Below, piece after piece: positions 11,823 through 25,500 of a stretch of 50,254 nucleotides of DNA; the stretch's first letter is position 1; every line of letters begins with the position of its first letter. The translations under genes and the position numbers were made by a program. This stretch comes from Girardia tigrina (lineage: Eukaryota): positions 1 to 50,254 of the forward strand of contig MQRK01250496.1 in the NCBI GenBank assembly GCA_001938485.1, read 5' to 3'. The notes beneath the pieces were generated by a model that saw nothing but the letters and a program-made list of their open reading frames with translations, made no database searches and had not been told where the DNA came from.

Positions 11823-13243
11823 CTTTGTTTAATGCATCCATTGAAAAGTTAATTTTTCAATGCATGCAGAGATATAACAAATATTACTTTTCACTGTATG
11901 GACTACTTTGCATGGCATGGACTAACTTTTTGATGCTTTGACTTAAAATAAAGGGAAAACAATGAAAATTAAATGTATTTTACTATAAACACTATTATTT
12001 AATATAAAGAAACAATTTTGCAAGGAACAATTTAACTATATAATTATATAAATGTGCAATTTAACAATTATGACCATCAAATTCAGGCCCTAAATTAAAA
12101 ACGCAATTGTTGCAATTTTGAATGTTGAAGTGAAAATGTTTAATATTGCTTTTTTTTGTAGGAATGCATTTATTATTACCCTGAATTAAATCCGCAACTT
12201 TCAATTTCTGAGTCTCAGACGACTCTATATATTTCATTGCAGTAGCCTCAGATTTCCAATTGAAATGGGTACGCATTAAAGTTGTAGTCGCACCGGATTC
12301 TGCCATTGCACTTGCAGTCGACCTTCGAAAAGCATGTCCTGTATAACACTCTTTATTAGATAATCCCAAAAATTTTGCAATCTCCATTGGAATCTTGCTC
12401 AAAACATGTATTCCCATTGGTTGAGAAGTATAATAAGATGAACCATCTCTTTTAGTACGATAAGTTTTCCACAATCTAGTTTCAAAAATTTTCNNNNNNN
12501 NNNNNNNNNNNNNNNNNNNNNNNNNNNNNNNNNNNNNNNNNNNNNNNNNNNNAAATTTATTAGTCACAGCTGTAGCTTGTTTGCTGACAGTATACTTAAT
12601 CCAATAACCTGTAATTCCATCAAATTCTAGGTCATTGCAAAGAATTGAAACCAAATCGGCACACCTCAAGCCTCCGGAAAATGATATTACAGCAACTGCT
12701 TTCATTTGAAGAAAGTAATTCTCATTAGGAGCAGTCTCGAGAAATTTATTTATATCCAACAAACTAAAAATTTTGGGGTTTTTCTTTTATACCCAGCTTC
12801 ATACGATTTCAATTGCATAGTCAAACGAGGTAAAGTTTGAAGCTTCTTGCCATACATCATTTGGACCTTATAATTTAACATTGAATATTCTGACCATAAA
12901 GTACTAGAAGCAAACTGCTTCTCTTTACGTAAATAGTCAAAATATTGTATAAAGACATCCTCAATTAACGTTAACGGAACACTTCCAGTGTATTCGATAA
13001 ATTTATTCCAACAGCCTTCGTATCTCTTTGAGCTTTTAATAGGAACTAAATTGTCTAAAATATCCTTAGCAGATCTTTTCATTTTAATCAATTAATCAAT
13101 ATAATTTTAATACATATAGTACTATATAATTTTAGTACATCAAAAGTACTTTATTTACAAAATTACTATATTTACAAATGCATTAAACAAAATTACATTC
13201 ACTCATTTAAAAAGTACTTTTCAAATTTCGTGAAAATAATCAT
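11823..13243 (-). mobile_element. Crypton (CryptonI-like) tyrosine-recombinase transposon nested in the MULE
   Basis: Splits the MULE motif VEGW|AFQQ. No true TIR or TSD. Encodes a tyrosine recombinase. Confidence 0.8.
12061..13091 (-). pseudogene. Tyrosine recombinase (Crypton YR), one frameshift near 12765 and an N-gap
   Basis: N-terminal LVPIKSSKRYE…SSTLWSEYSML. Catalytic residues GLRCADL (R), GHAFRR (HxxR), HFNW and MKYIE (Y). Confidence 0.85.
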
Positions 13244-14687
13244 TGCCAACCTTCAACTGAATTATTTGTACGCAGCAAATCACTATTAACTCTACCAAAC
13301 ATATTCGAATCGTTTAAGGGAAACATTGGTACTACTCTACGGTTGCGTCTCATTCTTCCAATATAATTATTATCAAAATAATTAGGGAAATAGTCACAAT
13401 ATTCAAGAACTTCTATTAAAGTGGATGGAAAAGTTCTTGATGGAGAACAAATTGTCCATTTTTTGTACCATGTTGTAGCTTCGATTTGTAATTTTTTTAT
13501 ATTGTATTGTGCACCACATTTTTTTAAGTGTTCACATAATGTCGTTTTATCTAATTTTATAATGTTTCTAATTAAAATATTTTTCTTGTTAAAAAATTTT
13601 TTTGACTCTCAAAATTAATTCATTTAAAAATTAGTTCAGTTAAGAATTTATACAATAATTTAAAAGTGGCGGATTTTGTCACGGCGCTTTTGTCGGATGT
13701 CCTTTCTGTCGTGGGGGAGCTTTTGTCGGGGCGTACCATTGAACTTACATGATCTTAACTTAGTCCACATAAAGTAAATAAAAATCAATTTCAACTCGTT
13801 ATAAACTGTTTTCGTTATAATTTTGTTATTCTTAATTGTGTCGGTAATAACTTTTATTAAAAATGTCATTTTTTCAATACAGAATAAATCAATTTTTAAA
13901 ACAGGACTTATAACAAATCAGAGTTTATTGTTGAAATTTTGTTTCACAAACAACAGATTCTAAATTTACAAAATTGAATGTACTGTTCAATAAATTTTAA
14001 GAACTTTTTACTAAGTGCTTTAAACATCTGTTGAACATTCTGTGTCTGTGGATAAATCATTAATTTTACAAATCTAATCATTTTTTAACTATAATCATTT
14101 TTGAACTTTTTATCATAAAAAATACAAATTAGTTTAAAATATGGTCTGTGTGCCAACTATGAGACAATTATTAGTTATATTTAGACTACTTTTTGAGATT
14201 CATTGATTTAATCCAAGGATTAAATGAAAAGCAGAACTATGGTGTCACTCTAAGCGTTTATTTAAAATGTACCACCGTTAAATTTTCAATTCGTTCGATG
14301 CGAAATAAAAATAGTATCAAAATTTGAGCTCTTTATCTCAAACTATTGTCGAAATATTTAAAAAGTCTATTTCTTCGATTTAATTGCTAAATTGAAATCT
14401 AATAATCGTTGATATTTTCCAATATTTATGAGTAAAACGTATGAAAAAATTGTTATAATTCTCAGAACGAAAGCAGATTTTTAAAAAAAAATCAATGAAA
14501 CATTATTTTTGATTATATTCCATCACCAAATTTCGCCAGTCATAATTAATTACGCCTATTGAGAATTGTGGTGACCACTTTTAATTAAATAAAAAAATCT
14601 AATAAGAAAAAATCATTATTAACATAAAAATACTAATATTATTATTTATATGAAAATCACATATTTTACCTATCTATAAAGAAAAGG

Positions 14688-14819
14688 AAATTAACTATTC
14701 TTATGTAAATAGTTAATAAAACAACACTGAAATAACAATTGTTTAATTAATCAAATTAACTATTCTTATGTAAATAGTTAATAAAACAACACTGAAATAA
14801 CAATTGTTTAATTAATCAA
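14688..14819. repeat. Two perfect tandem copies of a 65-bp unit
   Basis: AAATTAACTATTCTTATGTAAATAGTTAATAAAACAACACTG… at 14688 and 14753. Confidence 0.9.
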
Positions 14820-15340
14820 GAAATTTTTGCGTTATTTTCAAATAAACAATTTTTTCTCTCTTGTGTTCGTTATTTAATATTTTAACGAGAAAAAAATTAC
14901 TTGCGATGCCATCAAGCGCCATCGTCATTATTTAACTAGTCGCCGCCAACCGTTGTCGATTTCTGCCACTCGATTGATCTATATCAAATCGTGGCACCCG
15001 CACCGTTCCGATTGGCCGAATATGGATGCCGCACTTATGCACTCGACGGCCGCGCTGGATTAATCAATCACTTGATTAAATCCCAACAATCGGCGCCCAA
15101 ATCGACCGTCGATTTGCTAAGATCGGTGAATCGTCGAGCGTCACCCTCTCCGATTGATAGAGACAGTGACCACATCTTTAATGACCAAGCCCACGGTGGC
15201 ATGACTGTTAAAGGTCCAGTTTTTTATTACCCATATCTCCTTTTCTCTGTTATTTAGAGATGCGGGTACACTTCAAGAATAAATATTCAACTGGTCTTAA
15301 TATGCAACCGAGAGCGTTTCCTAACTGAACAAAATGGATC
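14820..15340 (-). mobile_element. Probable LTR-retrotransposon 3' end (PPT plus GC-rich LTR)
   Basis: Minus-strand purine tract ACAGAGAAAAGGAGATA is directly followed by TG at ~15232, then an unusually GC-rich non-coding segment. Confidence 0.4.
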
Positions 15341-15718
15341 ATAATGTATTTCAATTATTATGAATAAAATAAAATTCCCCTGCAAAGTAACGAACACAAG
15401 TTGATTTCAAAATGTTTATAATTTAAAACAACACTTATTTTTGTTTACTAATTTAAAAAACTAAATTCTTTTAAAATAAATATCCTTTGACTCCAACTCT
15501 CTCTCTGAAATTTATATCCAACAATTATTTATATAAAAAAACTAAAGTTTACAAATAGATGATTATTCGAGCTTAAAATTTTGTATCACACAACAATACC
15601 ATTCTAAAAAGTGAAATATATTTTATAAATATATTTTGGTGGATTTCCGACCATTTTCAGTTTTCCTTAGAACAATTTTCTGTCAAACCGATAAATAAAT
15701 AATCATATTACATAATAA

Positions 15719-17221
15719 ATATATATATATAATATTTATCTAGAAAATGTGTTTGTTTATCGGTCACGCTTTTCAAAGTTAAATTGCGGACGAACCAGAG
15801 TGAATCCATTTAAGGCCGTGGTCAATCTGGATAGCCCGCATCTATACAATTTTGTCGGTGCAGCGCCTTCGCCAAAAGACGCCCGGAAGCCGATGAAATC
15901 GATCGAAAACTGTACAAGTTGTTAAAAGGGTAAATTAACACCTATTAAGAACACCAACATGGGTTTTCAAACATTTATTTTCATTACAATCAGAATTGTC
16001 TTTTGGACAACTCTCAGCAAAACTCTCGTCATTCGACATCGTTCTAAATTGATAATTTTTTTATTAATGTTTGTTAATAAACNNNNNNNNNNNNNNNNNN
16101 NNNNNNNNNNNNNNNNNNNNNNNNNNNNNNNNNNNNNNNNNNNNNNNNNNNNNNNNNNNNNNNNNNNNNNNNNNNNNNNNNNNNNNNNNNNNNNNNNNNN
16201 NNNNNNNNNNNNNNNNNNNNNNNNNNNNNNNNNNNNNNNNNNNNNNNNNNNNNNNNNNNNNNNNNNNNNNCATCTAAAATATCAATTTTCCATCTGGGTG
16301 GGAGAAACACATTTCAAAATACTAAACTCAACATACAAAATTCAACAAACCAATTTCAACATACCAAATTTAAAATATTCCTCACAACACCAATTTCGAA
16401 TAATGCCGATTTTGATGATTTCTACAACGAATTTCGTGAAACTTTTCATGAAAATACTAATAAAATAGTAATTTGTTTGATAAATGACAATTTTTATCAC
16501 TTATTTTCTTATTATATTGCTGAAAATCAATTTTGTAGAAAATACAAATTGTCGTTATTAAAAAATAATATCAACAAATAAAATGCATAATTGCGGAGGA
16601 ACTGGTGTTAATCCACTTAATTAAGGATTTAATCTGGATAGCCCGCATCAATACAATTCGGTCAGCGCCATGCCTTTGCCGAAAGACGCCCGGAAGCCGA
16701 TGAAATCGATCGAAAACCGTAAAAGTCGTTAAAAGGGTAAATTAACACCGATTTCGAATTATGACGATCCCTACACGGAATTTCGTTAAAAATTTTATGA
16801 AAGTACTAATAAAATACTAATTTATTCGACGAATGGCGATTTCTATCACTTATTTACTAATTATATTGCTGAAAATCAATTTAGGTTAAATTTGCAAAAT
16901 TTCGTTATCATCTGATTCACGGTTTGTCGGCCAAGTTCAAATTTGAATATCATCTGATACAGTGTGACATAGTGAAGGAACAGTGAGTGAATTCACGTAA
17001 AGTTGAGATAGCTCTGCATAGTCCGCATCGAGACGGTTCTGTCTGTACAGCGCCTTTACCGAAAGGCTCCGGGAGTCGATTTATCTGACTGACTGTTAAA
17101 TCAACACAGAATTCAAAATAATTAATAATACATCATAATAATTACGATTTAAAAATTAAAACAGAAACTTTCAAAATCGAAAATTCAGCTTTCTCGTCAT
17201 ATATGACGGGTCTTTTTCTAG
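15719..17221 (+). mobile_element. Non-autonomous Helitron with internal direct repeats
   Basis: 3' hairpin CTCGTCAT-AT-ATGACGGG (17193-17210), then CTAG|T at 17218-17222. TA-rich 5' end. Repeats at 15820-15942 and 16630-16750, with a degenerate third copy at ~17010-17100. Confidence 0.7.
15943..16386 (-). mobile_element. Solo LTR (same family as 1863-2368), 5-bp TSD ACACC
   Basis: ACACC|TATTAAGAA ... TTCCTCACA|ACACC. The empty site is preserved in the Helitron repeat at 16741 (ATTAACACCGATTTCG). Confidence 0.85.
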
Positions 17222-19579
17222 TAATTAAATGTTTTCAAGTAGAAGAGGCTAATTTGCATAATAATTGATTAATAAAGTGATTTCATCAACTCTAACTATT
17301 TACCAATATTTTTTAAAAGTACAACACAATATTTTAAAATTGGTTCTTTTCACATCCGATCTACCAATTCCTATATCTTCAGCAATATTACTACCATTAC
17401 TTAATCGTCTATGCTTTTTAATCTGTTTACAGAAATAATGTAAAGTCTCTACAATGTTACACCTCACCCATTACAACAAAATTGATAAAAAAGATTGGAA
17501 CAGAAACTCAAATGAGTTGGTGATTAACTGCTGCAAATACTTTGAATTTTTATGATTTAGAAATGATTTTCAATTCAAAATTTTATTATCAATTGATTTT
17601 AAAATAAAAGATTTAATTTTTAATAACCTTCTGAATAACGGAAAATTAGCATCTATCAAATATTAGAATCACTATTGGATACTTTATCGGATTTTAAATC
17701 GTTTTCATCATCAAACTTTTAATTAATTTAACACCATTAAACAAATTGATTTTTTTCAATGTGAGAAAGTAAAGTGGAGGCGAGTATTAATATCAATAGA
17801 AAGCCTGTACCATCTACCATACATTGGAACTCAGAGGAACCAAAAGTTTAATTTTGAATCAAAAAATTTTGCAATACGGTATTAAGAGGTTTGAATCATC
17901 GATAAAACCGGTCTCATTGAAAAACCATAGTTATGAGCCTTAGTAAGTTTTGCAGATTGGGAATCGGTTCGAGAAAAAATTTAAAGTTTTAATCCTCAAT
18001 ATTTGACAGTAAAATTATTGTTAATAAAGCCTGAAAATAGTGGAAAATCTACCGAGATAGATCGCTTAGATAAAAAAATAATAAGTACAAAGGAATAAGA
18101 AATCTAAAATAATCTGAAATTTTAAATCCATTTAAAGAAGTAAAATTTGATTTTTTTGATGTGGTGGAACAATGTTAAAAAAATTAAAAACTGTTTTAGC
18201 TAATACTACTGGATCATCGAACGTTGTTCTAAATAGTCTAGACAAACTGTTTTATAACAAAATTTTTTAAAAAAAATAAAGGTGTCAACTTAATTTTTTT
18301 AATTGGATTTTGGTCACATTCTTTACGTGTCCTTAGGATATGTCTCAGCGATCAGATGGATATATCCTGGGATGACAGATTTATGGTATTTAATTTAGTA
18401 CCGATCTTGACGCAATGGGAGAGAATATAAAATTTCAAATATTTTATTTTTTTGCAGTATAGAATGCAGAAACGACTAATGGAATCATCCCGAGTAGGTT
18501 ATTCTATTATCACACCGCTATCACTGTGACGCATCTTTGTCGAGTTATATAGGGAAGGGACTGTTGTTAAGGAATCACTTCAGTTCACATTACTTATCTA
18601 TTGTAACAAATATTATAATTCTGTGCGGTACTGTGATAACTGACATGAAATTTCTGATCTTTTGGCATGACACTTACATCCACAATTCGTTTTTACCGGA
18701 TTCCATATCGAAAAAATAATAGGAAATATTTTTTTCGACCCAGTGGTGTACCCATTTAATTACTGGGTCATACTTCTTGAGGTATGTCAAATAGTTTGAA
18801 TAAATTGCAAATTAAAAACCTTAGTTTCTTAAAATATTTTTTATTATAAACTATTTCGTCCTTGGCAATATCGGGTAATTATATAGGGAAATATACAGGC
18901 GAAAGTAATAAATTATTTAAATAAAACCATTGTTATGAATAAACAACAACAGTGTAGACATTAGTAACCAAAACATATCATGAATATATTTGTCTTCGAA
19001 ATGTAATTTATTTTCTGTACATAAAAGAAAAAAAGTATCTATGCTTAAAATTTAAAAGTATTAATAAGGAACCACTGCATAAAAGCATAATTTTATTTAT
19101 TCGTTTTGTAAAACTTAAAGAAACTAAATTGAAATTACGACCTCACTATTATATAATATGAACAATTTAATTCCTACAAATTTGTTAATATTGAAGAGAT
19201 TTTTCTAGATCGTTTTAATGAATTTCTAATTTTGCTAATATTCTATTATTGTTTTAAAGAATTTTACTTTAATTTTACATAATTTTTTATTAATTTCGTT
19301 TGTTTTTCAAATGTTTATAAATTTTGTGTGATGATGTAGTTATGTATTGTCTAAAAATAAAAATTCAAAAACTAAATTAACACATTAAAATATCACAAAA
19401 TAGTAAAAAATTTATGATTAATTAAGTTTTTTTATTAAGGACATTCATATTTTTCTCAAAAAACTTGAATCAAATGTTAAATTTACTAATTAATATTGCA
19501 CGAAGTAAAAATTTAAAATTTGTTTAAATATATCAATTTCAATTTACGACCATTAAAATTGTATTATTTATTTTTGAAG

Positions 19580-22500
19580 ATGGCATCCATGAAAAGCGAT
19601 GTTCTAGCCAACAAAACCGTATTCAACGATCAATTGTGTAACAAAATATCAATTGCAATTAAAAAATCCAATATATTCGCACATATCAATCCATGTGATT
19701 TGATTCGAAAACGATTTTCCAAAACTCACCTAAATTCCATTGAAGAAGTCACTGCTAGTAAGAAGTCGAAAATGGACGAAATAAAATCTGACAATATTTC
19801 CATCGATAATACTAATGGCAAAGAAAATATTTCCCAAACTACTTGCAATGTATCGCTGCATGAATTCCTACCGAAACCTGATACATTATTCAGCCAAAGT
19901 ACTCCGAATTCGAAACGGATCACAATAAAAACAGAATGTGTCGTTAAAGAGAATTGTGAATTTGAGCCGACTAAAGTCATCGATCAGAATTGTGTGAGTG
20001 ACAATGTCGATAAAGTCGAAGTGAGACCGAAACCGAAAATCTTCACGATTCAAGGTGCAATCGCTAGCAAAAGCAATAAACCAGAAACGAACAGAGATAA
20101 ATCGCCAAAAATCGAGATAAATCGTGAGAAACACAACAAGGACCTGTCAAATTTGGTGACGTCTCTGTTGCCCCTACCAACACAATTGTTCGGCAAACAT
20201 TCGATTTTGACTGCTCTTGAGGGAGGAAACTACTTAGAGTACGTTCATGTATTTGTGATCAGTTTTATTTTTGATTACATTATTTTATAATAATTAATTT
20301 AAATTTATTTGAGTAATCATTTTTTGTTTCCTAACACATTAACTTTTTAATGCGGCATTGGCCAATTTTAATAATACATATACAGTTATATGTCTGAAAA
20401 AAGTAAAATGTCAATTGTTTTAACATGATTGCTTTCTATATATAAATATGTGTATCCATGGAATTTAGAAACTTATTTTGAAGGGCTCTTACTCAATCGA
20501 TTTTATCCAAACGGATGTGGTTCCGTATGTGCCCAAGTAAACATAAAAACGTGACAATTTATAAAAAATTATAAGCATTTTAAATTATAAATATTTAAAT
20601 TTTTTTTCACAGTAGCCTCACCATAAGCAAAAAATATATTGTTTACATAATCACTCATTTCATTGACTTTTTACAAAACGTTTACAGTTATTAAAGTGAG
20701 GGTGTATTTGGTTATAGATCCCCACTAGTTTAAAAGTACAGATCAATGGAAAAATTTAACTTTAAAAATGTGTTGGACTTCATTATTTTAATTTGTTAAT
20801 TTTTATTAACTTTATAATTATTTAAAATTTTTTTAAATGGAAATTTGATAACTGTTTTTCTATTTCAGTTAATATTTTAACATTTTTCGACAAATTATTT
20901 TAGTTTAAATTTAGATTTTTTTCGGATTATTTATATATAATTTTTTAAAATTATTTTTAACTAATTTTAAAATATTTATATATATATTATGCAAAACAAC
21001 TTTCTCTTCATAAATTTTATTAAATTATTAGATTTTATGAATTTATAAAACTAAATATTTAATTTCAGAGTAAAAGAATGTTTTTTTGAAATTAATTAAA
21101 ATAATTTATCAAATATTTTAAACATTATTAAAAAAAGCAAAGTAAAATTTTCAAAAAAAATATTTCGACAGTATTTTGTCTGCTACGTTATTTCAAATAT
21201 CACGATTAATTACAACAATACTCATGTTCATATTTAAATTAATAAATTAATTATTAACTTTGCTTTTTTATACTTGTGGCATAAGTAACGGTTTTATTAT
21301 TCAGCTTTGTGAAATACCTTAAAGAAGGTGTTCATATGGAAAATGAAATATCTACTAGTGATTTGAAAGAAATAATCGATCTAATGATGCAAAAGAAGGC
21401 CCTTTCTTTAATTCCACAATTTCTCAACTGCCTTATGAAAGCAAATGTCTACATCGATTGTTTAATCGATTCGTTTTTCGAATACAAAAGTATATTTGAA
21501 AAATATCAAAACGATTTTCTCAACTGTGTTTCATCAATGGTCGATTTTAAAATCGAATCAAGTATTAATTCATTTATCAAGTAATGCTTATGAATTTTCG
21601 ATGATCATCCAATTATCAATGGGATAAATTATTAATAGGATTTGTGCTCTGACGAATTGCTGGGACCGAATGTGGCAAATTCTATCGAAAAACAAACCTG
21701 ACCATATAATCCCAGAGAATTACTTCAACTCATGTATGAATATTTTCAGTAAATTGGAGAACAAAGAATTCCCATTTAAACAAGGTGAGTTGCTTAATAG
21801 ATACTTTTATGTGATATTTCCATGCGATTCTCACGTCTAGAGAATGTGGTTCAAGTATTATTTTCACTGTCATTTTTAACGATTATTGAAACTTAATCGA
21901 GAGAGAATTTCTGTTTTTTTTGTTTTCCGAGTTTCATATTCTAAATCAATCTTAATCTGTAAACTATCGATTTTTTAATTATAAATTTTATTACAATTTG
22001 ACACGGTGAAATAGTTTAAATGCCGCTGTGTCCTTATAATATGTATTGATCGTTGATATTTAATAATTTTAGTATATTATGTATAATAATTATTATTATT
22101 TATAATTGTTCGATCATTATCTTATTGATAAATGACAGAAAATTGTGTTCGTCAGTCGTAATAAATGTATTTTGATTCCGATAACGACAAAACAACTAAG
22201 CGACATTATCGAATAATTGACTGATCTTTCTTTATTCTGAAGATATTGTTTATTTTACAGTAAAATAAATAGCTTATTATATAATTTATTATTATATAAA
22301 ACATGTGCAAAAGTTCTAATATCACATTTTATCATTTTTCTTTAAAGATGATACAATCATCACATTTCTTAATTATAAAACTATTTTCAAATTATTCGAA
22401 TTATGCCCATTCTGTGGTTATAATCATAACATTGGTAATTATAACTAAATTAATAATTATTAACGATTCATAAAGTATTATTCATAATTGTTTACATGGT

Positions 22501-25500
22501 TAATAATGGTAACCACGTTATTCGCAATTCAATCGACATTTTAACTCAATAACAAATAAAATACAAATTTAAATAACGAAGTTATTAGACATTTAATCCA
22601 AATAATTCAGAAATAATTTGAAGGCAAATTTTATCAACTTTTTCTATTTTGTTTGGGTTAAAAATATTAGTATTAGTAAACATTTCAATAATGACATTTG
22701 ATCTCGTTATTTTATGAGAAATCTAACTTCTCCGGTCCCGCATTCCTCCCAGTTTTTCTCATTGATCGTTTCGTGTCTTGAGATTTTCCAGTATCTCCCT
22801 TATCAACGCATTATCTTTGTAATTTCTGTAAAAGATGTTGATATATTCCAATTTTAAATAAAATCTCAAATTATTAATTTTTATTTCATGGAATTCCAAA
22901 TACAATTCTCCTTTGTTTTTTAAGTTTTACACATGTTTATAAATGTTATGTGATGTTATAGGTTTACGTTGTCTAAAAATATAACAAAAATTTAAAAAAA
23001 ATTGATGATCAATGACATTCATATTTTTTTTCAAAAAAACATGAGACAAATGTTAAATTTACTAATTTATATCGAAGAAAGTACAAATTTAAAATTTGTT
23101 TAAATGTATCAATTTCAATTTATGACCATTAAAATTGTACTGCCTCCGTTCGGAAATATGGTTTACAGTTTAGCGATTTTCGTCAGGAAATATTGTATAC
23201 ATTTGCGAAAAAATAAAATAAATGAAAAAATGTACATGACAAGTATATTATATTAACTTTATTTGAAACATTTTAAATAAGAATGATTTTTTTAACTCGA
23301 AAATTGATTTGACATTTTTGTACGCTTTTTTGGAACATACATATTTTTCTGACAGTCCACCTTCGTGACGAAGTTTTTCTTTACTTAAATGAGGTATTTT
23401 ATAACAATTTCCTCCACCTGTTAACATAATTAACTCGATACATGCTTGCAATGTTGTAAAAACGTTATCGAGAGTATTTGCTTCTAATTGATGAAATGCA
23501 TCTTGAACACAATTTATTAATTCATCAATTGTGTTGGGCGAAGCTTCATGTTGCAGCGATTGTATGGAGTTGAAAAAACCTAAATCGAGAACATTTAAAT
23601 CGGGGCTATTTGCCGGTTGCGCCTTAAATTTAGTATTCCAGTCAGTAGAACCAAGATCGACAATATCTGCATCAATAAATGGGGATACGCATTGTCTTGT
23701 TGTACGTAAATTGTTTTCTTTTTGTACGCTGGCAGAAATTTAGATTTAATTGCGGGAATTACATTTTCCATGATCATATTTTTGCAATGTACTGCTGTAA
23801 CAGATTCCCCATTTTTTGTTATTATTGTCCCTTTAGCCCCTTTTTTTAGAATTTCTTTGAGCTGGTTCTTGGTAAACAATTGGCCATATTCCAGTTTTTC
23901 CATCAAAATAATGCTTTCGATGTGCATCATAACGTGGTCGAGCTACTGCAGCCATGAACATTACTTTCGTAATAAATCTTTTACTTTTGCAGTTTCTCTC
24001 CGGTTCTTCTAAGTTTAACAATTAGTAATAAGAGCGCTTAACTTTAGTTAGATAAAATCACTTTCTATCAATGTGAACGTAATCGTACAAATCATAAAAA
24101 AGCAAATCTCCATTAATAGTAAGACTTTAGACAAGCAAAACTCCAATCTGTCCATTTTATTTTTATCTGTTAAAGTTGGTTTAACTGTAGAAGATATTCT
24201 CTTGTTATATTTTCCCGACTTGAATATATCAAACAAAGTTGATTTTGGAATACCAATTGCGAAGGAAAGACTGCGTAGCGTTCCTCGCCAATTTAATGGT
24301 GTATTTATTTGCGCTAAATTGTTTGAATAGTCTTTAAGTTTTCTTCCGCATCTTTCTTTTTTGAAGAAACATCGGCACATATTTTACCTTCTCTGTATTG
24401 AGTTTGTGCTGCATGCCAAATTCTATTAACGGTTAGCCGGGAAACTCGAAACGCAGTAGCAACTTCATTGTTATTAGTGTTTTAGCATATTCTCCTTCAT
24501 CTGCTGTTATAATTTTTCTTGACGTTGTTCTTTGGTTAATTCTTTATATTTGGAATCCCTTCTTTCTAAGTTTAACAAATTTCCTTCAGAATTTTCCATA
24601 CTAGTCTTGCAGCGGTATTTATTTTATTTCTAAAGAAACACTGATGTTTGAGCGTAAAGTTTTTAATTAAGAATGATATTGCTTACGTCAAATATTTCAG
24701 GTTATATTGTCATGAGTATTTACTATAACAATATATTGACAGTTGCCAATTTATTTTTATAATCACGATAATGTATGATTTCTGTTGAAATGTATGCCAT
24801 ATTTCCGGACGGAGGGAGTATTATTTATTTATAAAGATGACATCTTTATTGAATTTTGTTAATCTTATTGTTTCCTGTAAACGTTTAAAATGAATCAATA
24901 AAGTAAAGGAAATAAGAGCGATATGAATCATCGGTGTTGTTATCAGAATTAGTTGACAAATGGTACCTGTTTCACAGTGTTAAAAATGGCAAGGCATGTA
25001 TAACTTGATCAATTTATTTAGAAGTGGTAGTGGCAACTGGACCACGTTATATGATATCTAATGGCTTGATTTCCTCTAATGCGTTTACTTGTGATACTCT
25101 TTCCTCCTACCAACATCGGTTGTTGACACCACAATTTTTTATAAAGCCTTTTATTGAGGCGACACTTTCAATGTACTGAAGCACTACAAAAATGATATAT
25201 TAAAAAATTTTCTTATAAAGATGGGGATCCTCAAATTTCTCCACATCTCTTAATGTATACTGATGTCTTGTTGGAAAGTTACAAAACCAAAATTTAGTTA
25301 TATTTTTACTACCAATTTAACTAGGTATGTGAATTTTGTAATTTTGTTATCCTAGTTTTTCGGAATAAACTGCTTTTCTTTTCGGTTTTTCGTATATTTA
25401 TAATTTATCATTCCATTTTGAGCTAAAAAATTGAAATTAATATAATACAGAGATTATATAAACATTACATTCACATTACCTTAAAGAAAAGTAATTAAAA

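Larger units (their letters stand above)
11297..13737 (-). mobile_element. MULE/Mutator-like element with 9-bp TSD ATTGAACTT
   Basis: TSD at 11288-11296 and 13738-13746. GG..CGACAAAAGCGCC subrepeat TIRs. Transposase remnants YFDNNYIGR, LRTNNSVEGW and AFQQTVECNHPSIFK. Confidence 0.85.

Noticed and set aside
12061-13091. Prophage or bacterial integrase contamination
   Set aside because: Embedded in a eukaryotic MULE with a TSD, has host-like AT content, and has no phage genes nearby.
14991-15257. 88-aa GC-rich ORF
   Set aside because: GTG start and no motif. Better explained as LTR-like non-coding sequence.
15959-16468. ORFs spanning the N-run (also 45884-46132)
   Set aside because: Artefacts of assembly gaps inside solo LTRs.
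17400-18240. Upstream exons of the host gene or a viral capsid relic
   Set aside because: Frames are interrupted by stops, and I found no convincing splice pair or motif.
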